A DNA stretch of 64,000 nt from positions 29,890 through 93,889 of the forward strand of contig CANQEI010000004.1 in NCBI GenBank assembly GCA_947594845.1, written 5' to 3'. Position 1 is the first letter of the stretch; each line of letters starts with the position of its first letter. Positions 48,144 to 58,654 of the stretch are shown piece after piece. Both the position numbers and the translations under genes were made by a program. The notes under the pieces were generated by a model. The model saw nothing but the letters and a program-made list of their open reading frames with translations. It was not told the origin of the DNA and made no database searches. This stretch comes from an uncultured Clostridia bacterium. Lineage in GTDB: Bacteria > Bacillota > Clostridia > TANB77 > CAG-508.

Positions 48144-48278
48144 ATGAATGAAAAAATTTGTAAATTAAGAGAGAAACTGAACACAAGCATAGAGAATGAA
48201 GAAGATTATGAAGTAATATACAAAATTAGTGTAGAATTAGATGAATTAATAGCTGAATATTATAGAGATATAGAATAA
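48144..48278 (+). CDS. Spo0E-family aspartyl-phosphate phosphatase-like small protein (44 aa), below the ORF-track cutoff
   Basis: MNEKICKLREKLNTSIENEEDYEVIYKISVELDELIAEYYRDIE fits the Spo0E pattern (I..LR..L......EV...S.ELD.LI..Y). SD AAAGGAG is at 48125. Confidence 0.6.
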   Translation: MNEKICKLREKLNTSIENEEDYEVIYKISVELDELIAEYYRDIE

Positions 48279-48366
48279 AATGGACTAAAAAATAGGGAAT
48301 ATGAAAAACATATTCCTTTTTTATATATTTTTTGATATAATACATTCATAATTTAGGAGGAAAAAT

Positions 48367-49005
48367 ATGTTTGAATTAGATGGAATAAGTGTATTAAAAC
48401 ATAGTAGTATTAAGATAAAAAAAGAAAAAATAATTTATATAGATCCATATAAAATAGATATTCCAGCCCATGATGCAGACTTGATATTATGTACACATTC
48501 TCATTATGATCACTTTTCACCAGAAGATATAAAAGCTGTTTCAAATGAAAGTACAGCAATAATAGTAACAGCAGATTGTCAAAAAGAAGTAGAAGAGATG
48601 GGATTTTTAAAAGAAAACACTCATTATACAAAGCCATATGAAAGATTTGATTTTGATGGAATTATCATAGAAACAGTTCCAGCATACAATAAATTTAAAG
48701 AGTTTCATCCAAAAGAAAAACAATGGGTAGGATATTTAATAAATATTGAAAATACAATATATTATATTGCAGGAGATACAGATAAAACTAGAGAAAATTC
48801 AAACATTGATTGCGATGTAGCATTTTTACCAGTTGGTGGTACGTATACAATGGATTATATTGAAGCTGCATCTCTAGCAAATAAACTAAAACCAAAATAT
48901 GCAATACCAATACATTATGGCTCAATAGTTGGAGATCCAGAATGTGGAGAGTTATTTAAAGAACTAGTAGAAAACAAAAATACTAAATGTGAAATTTACA
49001 TATAA
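48367..49005 (+). CDS. Metallo-beta-lactamase-fold hydrolase (UPF0173-like)
   Basis: HSHYDH motif in LILCTHSHYDHF and a later conserved D/H (AGDTD, PIHYG). SD AGGAGG. Confidence 0.75.
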   Translation: MFELDGISVLKHSSIKIKKEKIIYIDPYKIDIPAHDADLILCTHSHYDHFSPEDIKAVSNESTAIIVTADCQKEVEEMGFLKENTHYTKPYERFDFDGIIIETVPAYNKFKEFHPKEKQWVGYLINIENTIYYIAGDTDKTRENSNIDCDVAFLPVGGTYTMDYIEAASLANKLKPKYAIPIHYGSIVGDPECGELFKELVENKNTKCEIYI

Positions 49006-49090
49006 GAAAAATAAAAAGATTAAAAATATAAGTAAAAAAATGAGATTTGAAATTATTTTAATTCAAATCTCATTTTTATTATAAGCAATT

Positions 49091-49759
49091 TTAATTCAAA
49101 ATTGTTGTATTAGAAGCACCATTTCCAACAATTTCAGTCATCAAACTATTCCAAGTAATGTTACCAATTTTACCGTCCTGTGATAATCCATTATTTCCCT
49201 GATATTGAATAACAGCTTCTCGAGTTTTGTTTCCAAAAATTCCATCTAAGCCACCTGTATTCAAACCTAAAGTATTTAATGCATCTTGGGCTATTAAAAC
49301 ATATATACCTCGACTTCCAAATTGAGTTAATGGATAACCACTTGCAATCCATCGATCATCGAAATGGACCCAACGGGGAGTGTCAGCAGAAGGCTCGATG
49401 TATCTCCAATAACCTGAAGCTCGTGCCAAATTTCGCATATAATCGCGTTGCTGAGCATTTAAATTTTGGGCAACATCAAAAGCAACACCAGCATAATGTT
49501 GAGATAAAATTCCATGCCCACCTTCCCATGGACGCTTAAAAGCAAAACCAACAAAAATTGGTGCACCATATAAAGTTCTAAAATTATTCCAAGACTGCAT
49601 AGTTCGTCTATCTGTCCATAAAATATTAGAATTACTAGAGCCTCTAAACTCTTTTACTGTTAATGTACGATTTACATTATAAGGCATAGCCTCATTTTCA
49701 CCCTTATAATATGTTTCCATCCTATTAGAATTGTTATTATAAACAAGTATTTTAGCCAT
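49091..49759 (-). CDS. LAS/M15-family zinc peptidoglycan peptidase fused to a C-terminal PG_binding_1 domain; no signal peptide (endolysin-like)
   Basis: Zinc ligand motifs SQHYAGVAFDV (SxHxxGxAxD) and WVHFD. The C-terminus AQDALNTLGLNTGGLDGIFGNKTREAVIQYQGNNGLSQDGKIGNITW is a peptidoglycan-binding repeat. Arg is mostly CGN here, against AGA in neighbouring genes. Confidence 0.8.
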   Translation of the reverse strand: MAKILVYNNNSNRMETYYKGENEAMPYNVNRTLTVKEFRGSSNSNILWTDRRTMQSWNNFRTLYGAPIFVGFAFKRPWEGGHGILSQHYAGVAFDVAQNLNAQQRDYMRNLARASGYWRYIEPSADTPRWVHFDDRWIASGYPLTQFGSRGIYVLIAQDALNTLGLNTGGLDGIFGNKTREAVIQYQGNNGLSQDGKIGNITWNSLMTEIVGNGASNTTILN

Positions 49760-49990
49760 TTTATCCTCCTTATTTTTTTATATCTTATGCAAGAATTTAA
49801 AAATATGTTAAAAGATATTATTTTATTAATATGGTTTCAAATAGAAACAGAACAGACAGAAAATTATTTTGAAAGATTAGAAATTTGGCTAATTATGAAA
49901 AATTGATAAAAAGATAATTTAATGTAAAATCTAATATTTTTATATTTTTTATAAGTATAAACCCCTATATAATCCCTCAGGGGTGATAAT

Positions 49991-50149
49991 ATGAGAAAAA
50001 GAATGAACTACACACAATTTACATGCAGAATAGAAGATGAGTTATTAGAAGAAATAAAAGAAATAGTTTTAGATAATAATTTATATTCTATTAATAGTTT
50101 TATTAATGAATGTTTAAAATTTGCTATCGAGAATATGACAATTAATTAA
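49991..50149 (+). CDS. Small ribbon-helix-helix-like protein (52 aa), below the ORF-track cutoff
   Basis: MRKRMNYTQFTCRIEDELLEEIKEIVLDNNLYSINSFINECLKFAIENMTIN shows the strand-helix-helix pattern of CopG/Arc-type proteins. SD AGGGGTGA. The assignment is by pattern only. Confidence 0.45.
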   Translation: MRKRMNYTQFTCRIEDELLEEIKEIVLDNNLYSINSFINECLKFAIENMTIN

Positions 50150-50224
50150 TCTCAATTATATAAGTTTAAATATACAAAATATTGCGCAAATAAACTTTTA
50201 TATATCTGCATAGAAAATCCCTTT

Positions 50225-50234
50225 TGACCGGTCA
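50225..50234. promoter_or_regulatory. Perfect 10-bp palindrome TGACCGGTCA upstream of the fab/acc cluster (candidate operator)
   Basis: TGACCGGTCA lies 29 nt upstream of an extended -10 TGcTAAAAT (50260-50268) and 64 nt upstream of the ATG at 50298. It is the only GC-rich element in this spacer. Confidence 0.35.
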
Positions 50235-50297
50235 GTCTAATAAAATCAAGGAGAATATGTGCTAAAATATTAAAAGATTTTACTAGGAGAAAAATAA

Positions 50298-51992
50298 ATG
50301 AAAGAAATTATAAAAGTTAAAGATTTAAAAGACATGTTGAAAAAAACTGGTGAAATTTATAAAGATAAGCCAGCATATAAACTAAGAATTTCTGAAGGAA
50401 AATATAAAATTTTTACGCATGCAGAAGTTAGAGAAATGATAGATGCTTTAGGAACAGCTTTAATAGATATGGGATTAAAAGGAAAAAGAATAGCTGTAAT
50501 AGGAGAAAATAGATATGAGTGGGAAATCGCTTACCTATCTATAGTATGTGGGACAGGAATAGTTGTACCATTTGACAGATCATTACCAGATAATGAATTA
50601 AAAAGAGTAATAGAACGATCAGAAGTAGAAGCAATATTTTATTCTGAAAAATATGAAGAAAGACTACAAAAAATTATTTTAAGTAATACAGGAAAGTTAA
50701 AACATTTAATTTCTATGGATGCAAAAGTTCATAAAGAAGGAATATATGCACAAGAAGAATTAATAGAAAAAGGTAAAAAACTAATAAAACAAGGAAATAA
50801 AGAATTTATTAATGCAGAAATTAATTCAGAAGAAATGAGCATAATGCTTTTTACATCAGGAACAACATCAGAATCAAAAGTAGTAAGCTTATGCCATAGA
50901 AATTTATGTTCAAACTTAATGGATTTAGCAAGTGTATTAGATATAGATTCAACTGATAGAATACTATCTTTTTTACCATTACATCATGTATTTGAGTGTA
51001 CAGTAGGATTTTTGTTTTCACTATACAGTGGAGCACAAACTTCTTTCTGTGATGGAATTAAACATATTGTAGAAAACTTGAATGAATATAAAATAACATT
51101 TGCTGCATTTGTTCCAGCAATATATGAAAATATATATAAAAACATAATGAAAAAACTTGATAAACAAGGAAAACTTGAAGAAACAAGACAATTAATGGAA
51201 ATACATAGAAATGACGAAATAATGCAAAAGAAAAAAATATTTAAGCAGATACATGATTTTTTTGGTGGAAATATAAAAATGCTTATAAGTGGAGCAGCAG
51301 CACTAGACCCTAATGTTGCACAGGCATATAGAGATTGGGGAATAAATCTTTGCCAGGGATATGGATTAACAGAAACTTCACCAGTTGTGGCAATTGAAAC
51401 AAAGGAACATTTTAAGGTAGGTTCAATTGGAAAATGTCTGCCACATGTTAATGCAAAAATAGAAGATGTCAATAAAGATGGAATTGGGGAATTAGTAGTT
51501 AAGGGACCTAATATAATGTTAGGCTATTATGGAAATAAAAAAGCAACAAATGAGGCTTTGGTTAATAACTGGTTTTACACAGGAGATTTGGCAACAATAG
51601 ATAAAGAAGGATATATCTTTATAAAAGGAAGAAAGAAAAGTGTTATTGTATTGAAAAATGGCAAAAATATTTTTCCAGAAGAAATGGAAAACCTAACAAA
51701 TAGAATAGAAGGCATAACAGAATCTTTTATATATGGAAAATCAAATAAACAAGATAAGGATGATATAAAAATTTATGTAAAACTGGTATATGATGAGTCT
51801 GTAGTTAAATCTGCATATAAAGTAAAAACATATGAAGAAATATATAATGCAATAAATCAAAAAGTCAGAGAAATCAATAAGACAATGCCAGCATATAAAA
51901 CAATTAGAGGGATTACTCTTTCAAAAGAGCCTTTAATAAAAACAACAACAGGAAAAATAAAAAGACAAGAGGAGCTTAAAACAATTGAGTAA
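50298..51992 (+). CDS. AMP-forming long-chain acyl-CoA (or acyl-ACP) synthetase
   Basis: AMP-binding motifs MLFTSGTTSESK, QGYGLTETS, YTGDLATIDKEGYIFIKGRKK and C-terminal GKIKR. Confidence 0.85.
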   Translation: MKEIIKVKDLKDMLKKTGEIYKDKPAYKLRISEGKYKIFTHAEVREMIDALGTALIDMGLKGKRIAVIGENRYEWEIAYLSIVCGTGIVVPFDRSLPDNELKRVIERSEVEAIFYSEKYEERLQKIILSNTGKLKHLISMDAKVHKEGIYAQEELIEKGKKLIKQGNKEFINAEINSEEMSIMLFTSGTTSESKVVSLCHRNLCSNLMDLASVLDIDSTDRILSFLPLHHVFECTVGFLFSLYSGAQTSFCDGIKHIVENLNEYKITFAAFVPAIYENIYKNIMKKLDKQGKLEETRQLMEIHRNDEIMQKKKIFKQIHDFFGGNIKMLISGAAALDPNVAQAYRDWGINLCQGYGLTETSPVVAIETKEHFKVGSIGKCLPHVNAKIEDVNKDGIGELVVKGPNIMLGYYGNKKATNEALVNNWFYTGDLATIDKEGYIFIKGRKKSVIVLKNGKNIFPEEMENLTNRIEGITESFIYGKSNKQDKDDIKIYVKLVYDESVVKSAYKVKTYEEIYNAINQKVREINKTMPAYKTIRGITLSKEPLIKTTTGKIKRQEELKTIE

Positions 51993-52548
51993 AATTTTAG
52001 GAAAATACAAAGTACATTATAAAGAATTAGATTCTACACAAAAGGAAATTTGGAGAAAAATTGAAAATGGAAATATTAAAAATGGAACAATAATAATAGC
52101 TGATATACAGACAGATGCAATTGGAACACATGGCAGAAAGTGGTATACGACTCAAAAAAACAATATAGCATTTTCAATTTTCGTTGATATTGATACTAAT
52201 ATTAATAATTTAGAGAATTTAACTATAGAGAGTGCAAAAATTTTAAAAAATATATTTTTAGAAAAATATAAAATAAAAATAGAAATAAAAACACCAAATG
52301 ATTTAATTATAAACAATAAAAAAATAGGTGGAATACTTATACAAACGAAGCTTCAAGGAGAAATAGTAAGGAAACTAGTAATAGGGATAGGAATAAATAC
52401 TTTTCAAGAAGAATTTGATGACGAAATAAAGGATATAGCTACATCCATAAAAAAAGAATTTGGTATTGATGTAGATAATAAATATATAATAGACGAATTT
52501 TGTAATAGATTTGAACAAGAATTATTTAATAGATTAGGAGAATTTTAA
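51985..52548 (+). CDS. birA: Biotin--[acetyl-CoA-carboxylase] ligase, short form (187 aa, no HTH; C-terminal domain appears absent)
   Basis: YKELDSTQKEI, GTHGRKW (a variant of the GRGRxGRxW biotin loop), KIGGILIQ. The TTG start overlaps the upstream stop by 8 nt. Confidence 0.75.
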   Translation: MSKILGKYKVHYKELDSTQKEIWRKIENGNIKNGTIIIADIQTDAIGTHGRKWYTTQKNNIAFSIFVDIDTNINNLENLTIESAKILKNIFLEKYKIKIEIKTPNDLIINNKKIGGILIQTKLQGEIVRKLVIGIGINTFQEEFDDEIKDIATSIKKEFGIDVDNKYIIDEFCNRFEQELFNRLGEF

Positions 52549-52549
52549 A

Positions 52550-53482
52550 ATGAGAATTGGATTTTTATTTCCAGGACAAGGCGCACAATATATTGGAATG
52601 GGAAAAGATTTATACGATAACTTTCAAGAATATAGAGAAGTATATGAAGAAATTAATAAAATAACAGGAATAGACGTTGCAGATCTAAGTTTTAACTCAG
52701 ATGAAGAAACATTAAATCAAACTAAAAACACACAAATTTGTATATTAGCAATGAGCTTAGGAATTTTAAAATTGTTGGAAAAAGAAAATATAAAGGCAGA
52801 AATATCTAGTGGGCTAAGCTTAGGAGAATATACTGCTTTAATATATAGTGGTGCAATTTCTTTTGAAGATGGTGTAAAAATAGTAAAGACAAGAGGAGAA
52901 TTAATGCAAAATCTTTGCCCAAATGGGGACTGGAGTATGGCTGCAATATTAGGTCTAAATGAAGAACAAGTAAAAGAAATATGCTCTAAAATAACAGATG
53001 GTTTTATCTCACCAGCAAATTATAATTGCCCAGGACAAATAGTTGTTTCAGGAGAAAGAAAAGCAATAAATGAAGCAATGGAAAAATCAAAAGCTTTAGG
53101 AGCCAAAAAAGCTGTTGAATTAAAAACATCAGGACCTTTTCATACTAAAATGCTAGAAGGTGCGTCAATCCAATTAAGAAAAGAGTTAGAAAATATTAAT
53201 ATAAATAAATTTAATACAAAAGTTGTTAAAAATTTAGACGGAAAAATTTACTCAAATGATGAAAACATCAAAGATATATTATCAAAGCATATAACAAATT
53301 CAGTAAGATTTGAGCAAGGTATTCAAACAATGTTAAACGAGAAAATTGATACATTTATAGAAATAGGACCTGGAAAGACTTTATCAGGATTTGTTAAAAG
53401 AACAAATAGAGAAGTTACAACCCTTAATATAAACGACGTAGAGTCTTTTAATAATACGTTAGAAATTTTAAAAAATAAATAA
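52550..53482 (+). CDS. fabD: Malonyl-CoA:ACP transacylase
   Basis: FPGQGAQYIGMG, active-site GLSLGEY, and SGPFHT. Confidence 0.93.
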   Translation: MRIGFLFPGQGAQYIGMGKDLYDNFQEYREVYEEINKITGIDVADLSFNSDEETLNQTKNTQICILAMSLGILKLLEKENIKAEISSGLSLGEYTALIYSGAISFEDGVKIVKTRGELMQNLCPNGDWSMAAILGLNEEQVKEICSKITDGFISPANYNCPGQIVVSGERKAINEAMEKSKALGAKKAVELKTSGPFHTKMLEGASIQLRKELENININKFNTKVVKNLDGKIYSNDENIKDILSKHITNSVRFEQGIQTMLNEKIDTFIEIGPGKTLSGFVKRTNREVTTLNINDVESFNNTLEILKNK

Positions 53483-53500
53483 TTTTTATAGGAGGTAAAA

Positions 53501-54235
53501 ATGAATAAAATAGCATTGATCACAGGAGCATCAAGAGGAATAGGTAAACAAATTGCAATAACACTAGCAAAAGAAGGATATGATATTGCAATGAACTGCA
53601 GAGCAGAAAATGAAGAAGTATTATTAGCCAAAAAAGAAATAGAAAAAAATAATGTACAATGCTTATGTTTGCCAGGTGATGTATCAAAATTTGAAGAATG
53701 CGAAAATATGGTAAAAACAGTAATAGAAAAATTCGGCAAAATAGATATATTGATAAATAATGCAGGAATTACAAACGATATGCTATTACTTAGAATGAAA
53801 GAAGAAGATTTTAGAAAAGTAATAGATGTGAACTTAATAGGAACATATAACATGACAAAAAATGTATCTCAATATATGATGAAAGCAAGAACAGGAAGAA
53901 TTATTAACTTAGCTTCTGTTGTAGGAATTTCTGGAAATGCTGGACAATCTAATTATGCAGCATCAAAAGCAGGAATTATTGGTTTTACTAAAAGTATAGC
54001 AAAAGAACTTGCATCAAGAAATATATTAGTAAATGCAGTAGCTCCAGGATTTATCCAAACAGATATGACAAATGTTTTAAAAGATGATGTAAAAGAAAAT
54101 ATTTTAAATAATATACCACTAAAGAGAGCAGGTACACCACAAGATGTTGCAAATGTAGTTAAATTTTTATGTTCAGAAGATAGTTCATATATCACAGGAC
54201 AGATAATTAACATTGACGGTGGAATGCTAATGTAA
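53501..54235 (+). CDS. fabG: 3-oxoacyl-ACP reductase
   Basis: TGASRGIG, NNAGIT, and the S...YAASKAG catalytic triad. Confidence 0.93.
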   Translation: MNKIALITGASRGIGKQIAITLAKEGYDIAMNCRAENEEVLLAKKEIEKNNVQCLCLPGDVSKFEECENMVKTVIEKFGKIDILINNAGITNDMLLLRMKEEDFRKVIDVNLIGTYNMTKNVSQYMMKARTGRIINLASVVGISGNAGQSNYAASKAGIIGFTKSIAKELASRNILVNAVAPGFIQTDMTNVLKDDVKENILNNIPLKRAGTPQDVANVVKFLCSEDSSYITGQIINIDGGMLM

Positions 54236-54265
54236 GAAAGCGAAATAATATATAGTGGAGGGAAT

Positions 54266-55507
54266 ATGGAAAATAGAAGAGTAGTAGTAACAGGGTTAGG
54301 AGCTATAAGCCCAATAGGAAATGATGTAGAAAAATTATGGGAAGGAATAAAAGAGAACAAGTGTGGCATAGACAAAATTACTTTATTTGATACATCTACA
54401 TTTAAAACAACATTGGCAGCAGAAGTAAAAAACTATGAACCAACAGAATATTTTGATGCAAAACAAGCTAAAAGATTAGATAGAGTTTCACAATTTGCAC
54501 TAATAGCTGCAAGAGAAGCCTTTAAAGATAGTGGAATAACAAAAGAAAATACTGATTTAAATAGAGTAGGAATTTTTGTAAGTTCTGGAATTGGTGGATT
54601 AATAACAATACAAAATCAATGTGAAGTAAATAAAGAAAAAGGAAACAATAGAATTTCACCAATGTTTATTCCAATGTCAATTGCAAATATGCCAGCAGGA
54701 AACATATCAATTGAATTAGGATTAAAAGGAGAATCTATTTCAATTGTAACAGCATGTGCTTCATCTACTAATTCAATTGGAGAAGCTTATAGAAATATAA
54801 AAGCAGGATATGAAGATGCAATCGTAGCAGGTGGAACTGAAGCTGCAATATGCCAAGTTGGTATAGGTGGATTCGAGAATATGAAAGCACTATCAAATAG
54901 TACAGATCCTAATAGATCTAGCATACCTTTTGATAAAGAAAGAAGCGGATTTGTAATGGGAGAAGGAGCCGGAATAGTAATTTTAGAAGAGTTAGAACAT
55001 GCACAAAAAAGAGGAGCAAAAATATATGCAGAAGTAATAGGATATGGAGCAACATCTGATGCATACCACATAACATCACCAGATCCAGAAGGAAATGGTG
55101 GAGCTTCAGCTATGATAAGAGCAATGGAAGATGCAAATATAAAACCTGATGAAATAGACTATATAAATGCACATGGCACATCTACTCATCTAAATGATTC
55201 AATAGAAACAAAAGCTGTAAAAATAGCATTAAAAGATGCAAGCAAGAAAATAAAGATTAGTTCTACAAAGGGAAATACAGGACATCTACTTGGAGCAGCA
55301 GGAGCTATGGAAGCAATAATAAGTATAAAAGCTATTGATGAAGGACTAATTCCAGCAACAATTAACTTTAAAGAAAAAGATGAAGAATGTGATTTAGATA
55401 TAGTTCCTAATAAAAATATAAAACAAGATGTAAATATTGTAATGTCAAACTCATTAGGATTTGGCGGACATAATGCAAGTATAATTTTCAAAAAATTTAG
55501 AGATTAA
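54266..55507 (+). CDS. fabF: 3-oxoacyl-ACP synthase II
   Basis: VVVTGLGAISPIGN, active Cys in TACASS, His pair NAHGTST and GHLLGAAG. Confidence 0.95.
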   Translation: MENRRVVVTGLGAISPIGNDVEKLWEGIKENKCGIDKITLFDTSTFKTTLAAEVKNYEPTEYFDAKQAKRLDRVSQFALIAAREAFKDSGITKENTDLNRVGIFVSSGIGGLITIQNQCEVNKEKGNNRISPMFIPMSIANMPAGNISIELGLKGESISIVTACASSTNSIGEAYRNIKAGYEDAIVAGGTEAAICQVGIGGFENMKALSNSTDPNRSSIPFDKERSGFVMGEGAGIVILEELEHAQKRGAKIYAEVIGYGATSDAYHITSPDPEGNGGASAMIRAMEDANIKPDEIDYINAHGTSTHLNDSIETKAVKIALKDASKKIKISSTKGNTGHLLGAAGAMEAIISIKAIDEGLIPATINFKEKDEECDLDIVPNKNIKQDVNIVMSNSLGFGGHNASIIFKKFRD

Positions 55508-55536
55508 ATTATTATTTTTAAAGAAAGGAGAAAATT

Positions 55537-55971
55537 ATGGAATACGATAAAATTAAACAATTAATGGATGACATGGGAAATTCAAAATTAACATCGGTAG
55601 ATATTGAATTTCCAGATGGAACTAAAGTAAAAATGGAAAAGAACAATGAAAAACAAACTATAGTTGAAACTCAAATTGCTGAAAAAACAACCAATACAGT
55701 TCGAGAAGAAGAAGAAAAAAAACCAGAAAAAGAAGAAGGAAATATAATAACTTCACCAATGATAGGAACTTTTTACAGTAAATCATCACCAACAAGTGAA
55801 CCATATGTTGAAGTGGGAACAACTGTGAAAAAAGGAGATGTACTTTGCATAATCGAAGCAATGAAACTAATGAATGAAATTGAATCAGAATACAATGGAA
55901 CAGTAGTAGAAATTTTTGCCAAAGATGGAGATGCTATTGAATATGGAAAGCCACTATTTAGAATTAAATAA
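55537..55971 (+). CDS. accB: Biotin carboxyl carrier protein
   Basis: Biotinyl-lysine motif CIIEAMKLMNEIE near the C-terminus. Confidence 0.93.
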   Translation: MEYDKIKQLMDDMGNSKLTSVDIEFPDGTKVKMEKNNEKQTIVETQIAEKTTNTVREEEEKKPEKEEGNIITSPMIGTFYSKSSPTSEPYVEVGTTVKKGDVLCIIEAMKLMNEIESEYNGTVVEIFAKDGDAIEYGKPLFRIK

Positions 55972-55992
55972 ATATTTGAAAGAAGGTACAAA

Positions 55993-56415
55993 ATGCTTAA
56001 TAAAGAAGAAATAAAAAAAATAATTCCACAAAGAGAGCCTTTTTTAATGATTGACGAAGTTGAAGAATATATACCTGGCGAAAGTTGCACAGCATACAAA
56101 AATGTAAATGAAGATGAATGGTATTTTAAAGGACATTTCCCAGGAAATCCAATAATGCCAGGAGTATTAATAACAGAAAGTTTAGCTCAAGCAGGAGCAA
56201 TTGCAATATTGTCAATGGAAGAGAATAAAGGAAAAAATGCACTTTTTGGTGGAATTGATAAAATGAAATTCAAAAAGATGGTAGTTCCAGGAAATAGACT
56301 AAAACTTGAAGTTAAAATAATAAAAAGAAAAGGACCTATCGGAGTAGGAGAGGCTATTGCTACAGTGGATGGAAAAGTTGCAGCAAAAGGAGAATTAACA
56401 TTCGCAGTAGTATAA
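55993..56415 (+). CDS. fabZ: 3-hydroxyacyl-ACP dehydratase
   Basis: PQREPFLMIDEV and GHFPGNPIMPGVLITESLAQ (hot-dog fold catalytic His/Glu region). Confidence 0.93.
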   Translation: MLNKEEIKKIIPQREPFLMIDEVEEYIPGESCTAYKNVNEDEWYFKGHFPGNPIMPGVLITESLAQAGAIAILSMEENKGKNALFGGIDKMKFKKMVVPGNRLKLEVKIIKRKGPIGVGEAIATVDGKVAAKGELTFAVV

Positions 56416-56441
56416 AAAATATTTCAATTGAGAGGTAAAAA

Positions 56442-57782
56442 ATGAATAAAATACTAATTGCTAATCGAGGAGAAATTGCTGTAAGAATAATAAGAGCATG
56501 TAAAGAAATGAATATTAAAACTGTTGCAATATATTCAGAAGCAGATAAAGAATCACTTCACACAAAACTTGCAGATGAAGCTATTTGTATAGGACCTGCA
56601 GAATCTGGAAAAAGCTATTTAAATATAAAAAATATAATAGAAGCTGCATATTTAACTGGAGCTGATAGTATACATCCAGGATTTGGATTCTTATCTGAAA
56701 ATGCACAATTTGCAAGAATATGCCAAGAGTCAAATATAAAATTTATTGGTCCATCTGCAGAAGTTATTGAGCTATTAGGAAATAAATCAAATGCAAAAGA
56801 AATGATGAAAAATGCAGGTGTACCTGTAATACCTGGCTCAGAAGGAAGTATTAATGGATTAAAAGAAGCAATAACAATAGCAAATAAAATAGGATATCCT
56901 ATAATGCTAAAAGCAGCTGCTGGTGGCGGAGGAAAAGGAATACGAATAGTAAACAATGATAAAGAGTTAGAAGCAAATTACAATATTGTAAAACAGGAAG
57001 CAAAAATTTCATTTAATGATGATGAAATTTATATAGAAAAATTTATAAAAAATCCGAGACATGTTGAAATTCAAATTTTGGCAGATGAACATGGAAATGT
57101 AATACATCTAGGTGAAAGAGATTGCTCAATTCAAAGAAGACATCAAAAAGTTATTGAAGAAACACCATCAACTGCAGTTGATGAAAAATTAAGAAATAAA
57201 ATGGGAGAAGCTGCAGTAAAAGCAGCTAGAACTGCTGGATATTCTAATTGTGGAACAGTTGAATTTTTATTAGATAGTGACAAAAATTTTTATTTTATGG
57301 AAATGAATACAAGAATTCAAGTGGAACATCCAATAACAGAAATGCGAACAGGTTTAGATATTGTTAAAGAACAAATACGAATTGCTGCAGGAGAACCTTT
57401 AAGAATAAAACAAAAAGAAGTAAATTTTAAAGGACATTCAATAGAATGTAGAATAAATGCAGAAAACCCGGAAAAAAACTTCATGCCATGCCCTGGAAAA
57501 ATAACAGGATTACACTTGCCAGGAGGAAATGGAATTAGAATAGATACAGCAATTTATGAAGGTTATACAATTCCAGCAAATTATGATTCAATGATAGCAA
57601 AGTTAGTTGTATTAGGAACAAATAGAAATGAAGCAATAGCAAAAATGAAAAGAGCATTAGAAGAGTTAGTAATAGAAGGAATAGAAACAAATAGAGATTT
57701 CTTATTTGAAATTATTAAAAACTTAAATTTTATAAGAGGCGATTTTGATACGTCATTTATAGAAAAAGAATTAAAGAAATAA
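56442..57782 (+). CDS. accC: Biotin carboxylase subunit of acetyl-CoA carboxylase
   Basis: [16 protein letters not shown], the ATP-grasp loop [13 protein letters not shown], and [14 protein letters not shown]. Confidence 0.96.
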   Translation: MNKILIANRGEIAVRIIRACKEMNIKTVAIYSEADKESLHTKLADEAICIGPAESGKSYLNIKNIIEAAYLTGADSIHPGFGFLSENAQFARICQESNIKFIGPSAEVIELLGNKSNAKEMMKNAGVPVIPGSEGSINGLKEAITIANKIGYPIMLKAAAGGGGKGIRIVNNDKELEANYNIVKQEAKISFNDDEIYIEKFIKNPRHVEIQILADEHGNVIHLGERDCSIQRRHQKVIEETPSTAVDEKLRNKMGEAAVKAARTAGYSNCGTVEFLLDSDKNFYFMEMNTRIQVEHPITEMRTGLDIVKEQIRIAAGEPLRIKQKEVNFKGHSIECRINAENPEKNFMPCPGKITGLHLPGGNGIRIDTAIYEGYTIPANYDSMIAKLVVLGTNRNEAIAKMKRALEELVIEGIETNRDFLFEIIKNLNFIRGDFDTSFIEKELKK

Positions 57783-57794
57783 GTGAGATAAGGT

Positions 57795-58634
57795 ATGATT
57801 GTAGATAAAATAAAAAAAAGAGAACCAACAGCCAAAAGAAAAACTGCTAATATAGATATACCTGTTGGTAAGTGGATAAAATGCGATGAATGCAAAGAAA
57901 TAATATATAGAGATACACTTAGAGAAAATTTAAGTATTTGCCCAAATTGCGGACATTATTTCAGAATGCACATAAATAAAAGACTAGAACTTGTAATAGA
58001 TGAAGGAACATACAAAAAATTTGATTTAAATATTGAGACTACAAACCCTTTACAAATAGAGGAATACCCTAAAAAGCTAAAAACATTAAGAGAAAAAACA
58101 GGAATTAATGAAGCAGTAGCTTGTGGAACAGGAAAAATAAATGGAGAAGAAGTTGTTATATGTGTAATGGATAGTGGATTTTTAATGGGAAGTATGGGAA
58201 TTGTTGTTGGAGAAAAAATAACATACTCAATTGAACAAGCAATTCAAAGAAAATTACCACTTATAATATTTTCTGTATCTGGTGGAGCAAGAATGCAAGA
58301 AGGAATAATTTCATTAATGCAAATGGCAAAAACTGTGTCAGCACTAACAAAATTAGATGAAGCAGGACTTTTATATATATCAGTACTAACAGATCCAACA
58401 TATGGAGGAGTAACAGCTTCATTTGCCAGTTTAGGTGATATTGTTTTATCAGAGCCAAAAGCAATGATTGGATTTGCAGGTCAAAGAGTTATTGAACAAA
58501 CAATAGGAGAATCATTACCAGAAGGTTTTCAAACAGCAGAATTTTTATTAGAACATGGATTTATAGATAAAATTGTAGAAAGAAAAGATTTAAAAGATAC
58601 ACTAGCAAAATTAATAAAATATCATAAGAACTAA
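57795..58634 (+). CDS. accD: Acetyl-CoA carboxylase carboxyltransferase beta subunit
   Basis: Zn ribbon CDECKEIIY...[10 protein letters not shown], and SGGARMQEG. Confidence 0.94.
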   Translation: MIVDKIKKREPTAKRKTANIDIPVGKWIKCDECKEIIYRDTLRENLSICPNCGHYFRMHINKRLELVIDEGTYKKFDLNIETTNPLQIEEYPKKLKTLREKTGINEAVACGTGKINGEEVVICVMDSGFLMGSMGIVVGEKITYSIEQAIQRKLPLIIFSVSGGARMQEGIISLMQMAKTVSALTKLDEAGLLYISVLTDPTYGGVTASFASLGDIVLSEPKAMIGFAGQRVIEQTIGESLPEGFQTAEFLLEHGFIDKIVERKDLKDTLAKLIKYHKN

Positions 58635-58654
58635 CCTAAAAGGGGGAAATATAA

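Noticed and set aside
49091-50149. Intact prophage around the M15 peptidase
   Set aside because: No integrase, holin, terminase, capsid or tail genes flank it. The neighbours are an MBL hydrolase and the fab cluster.
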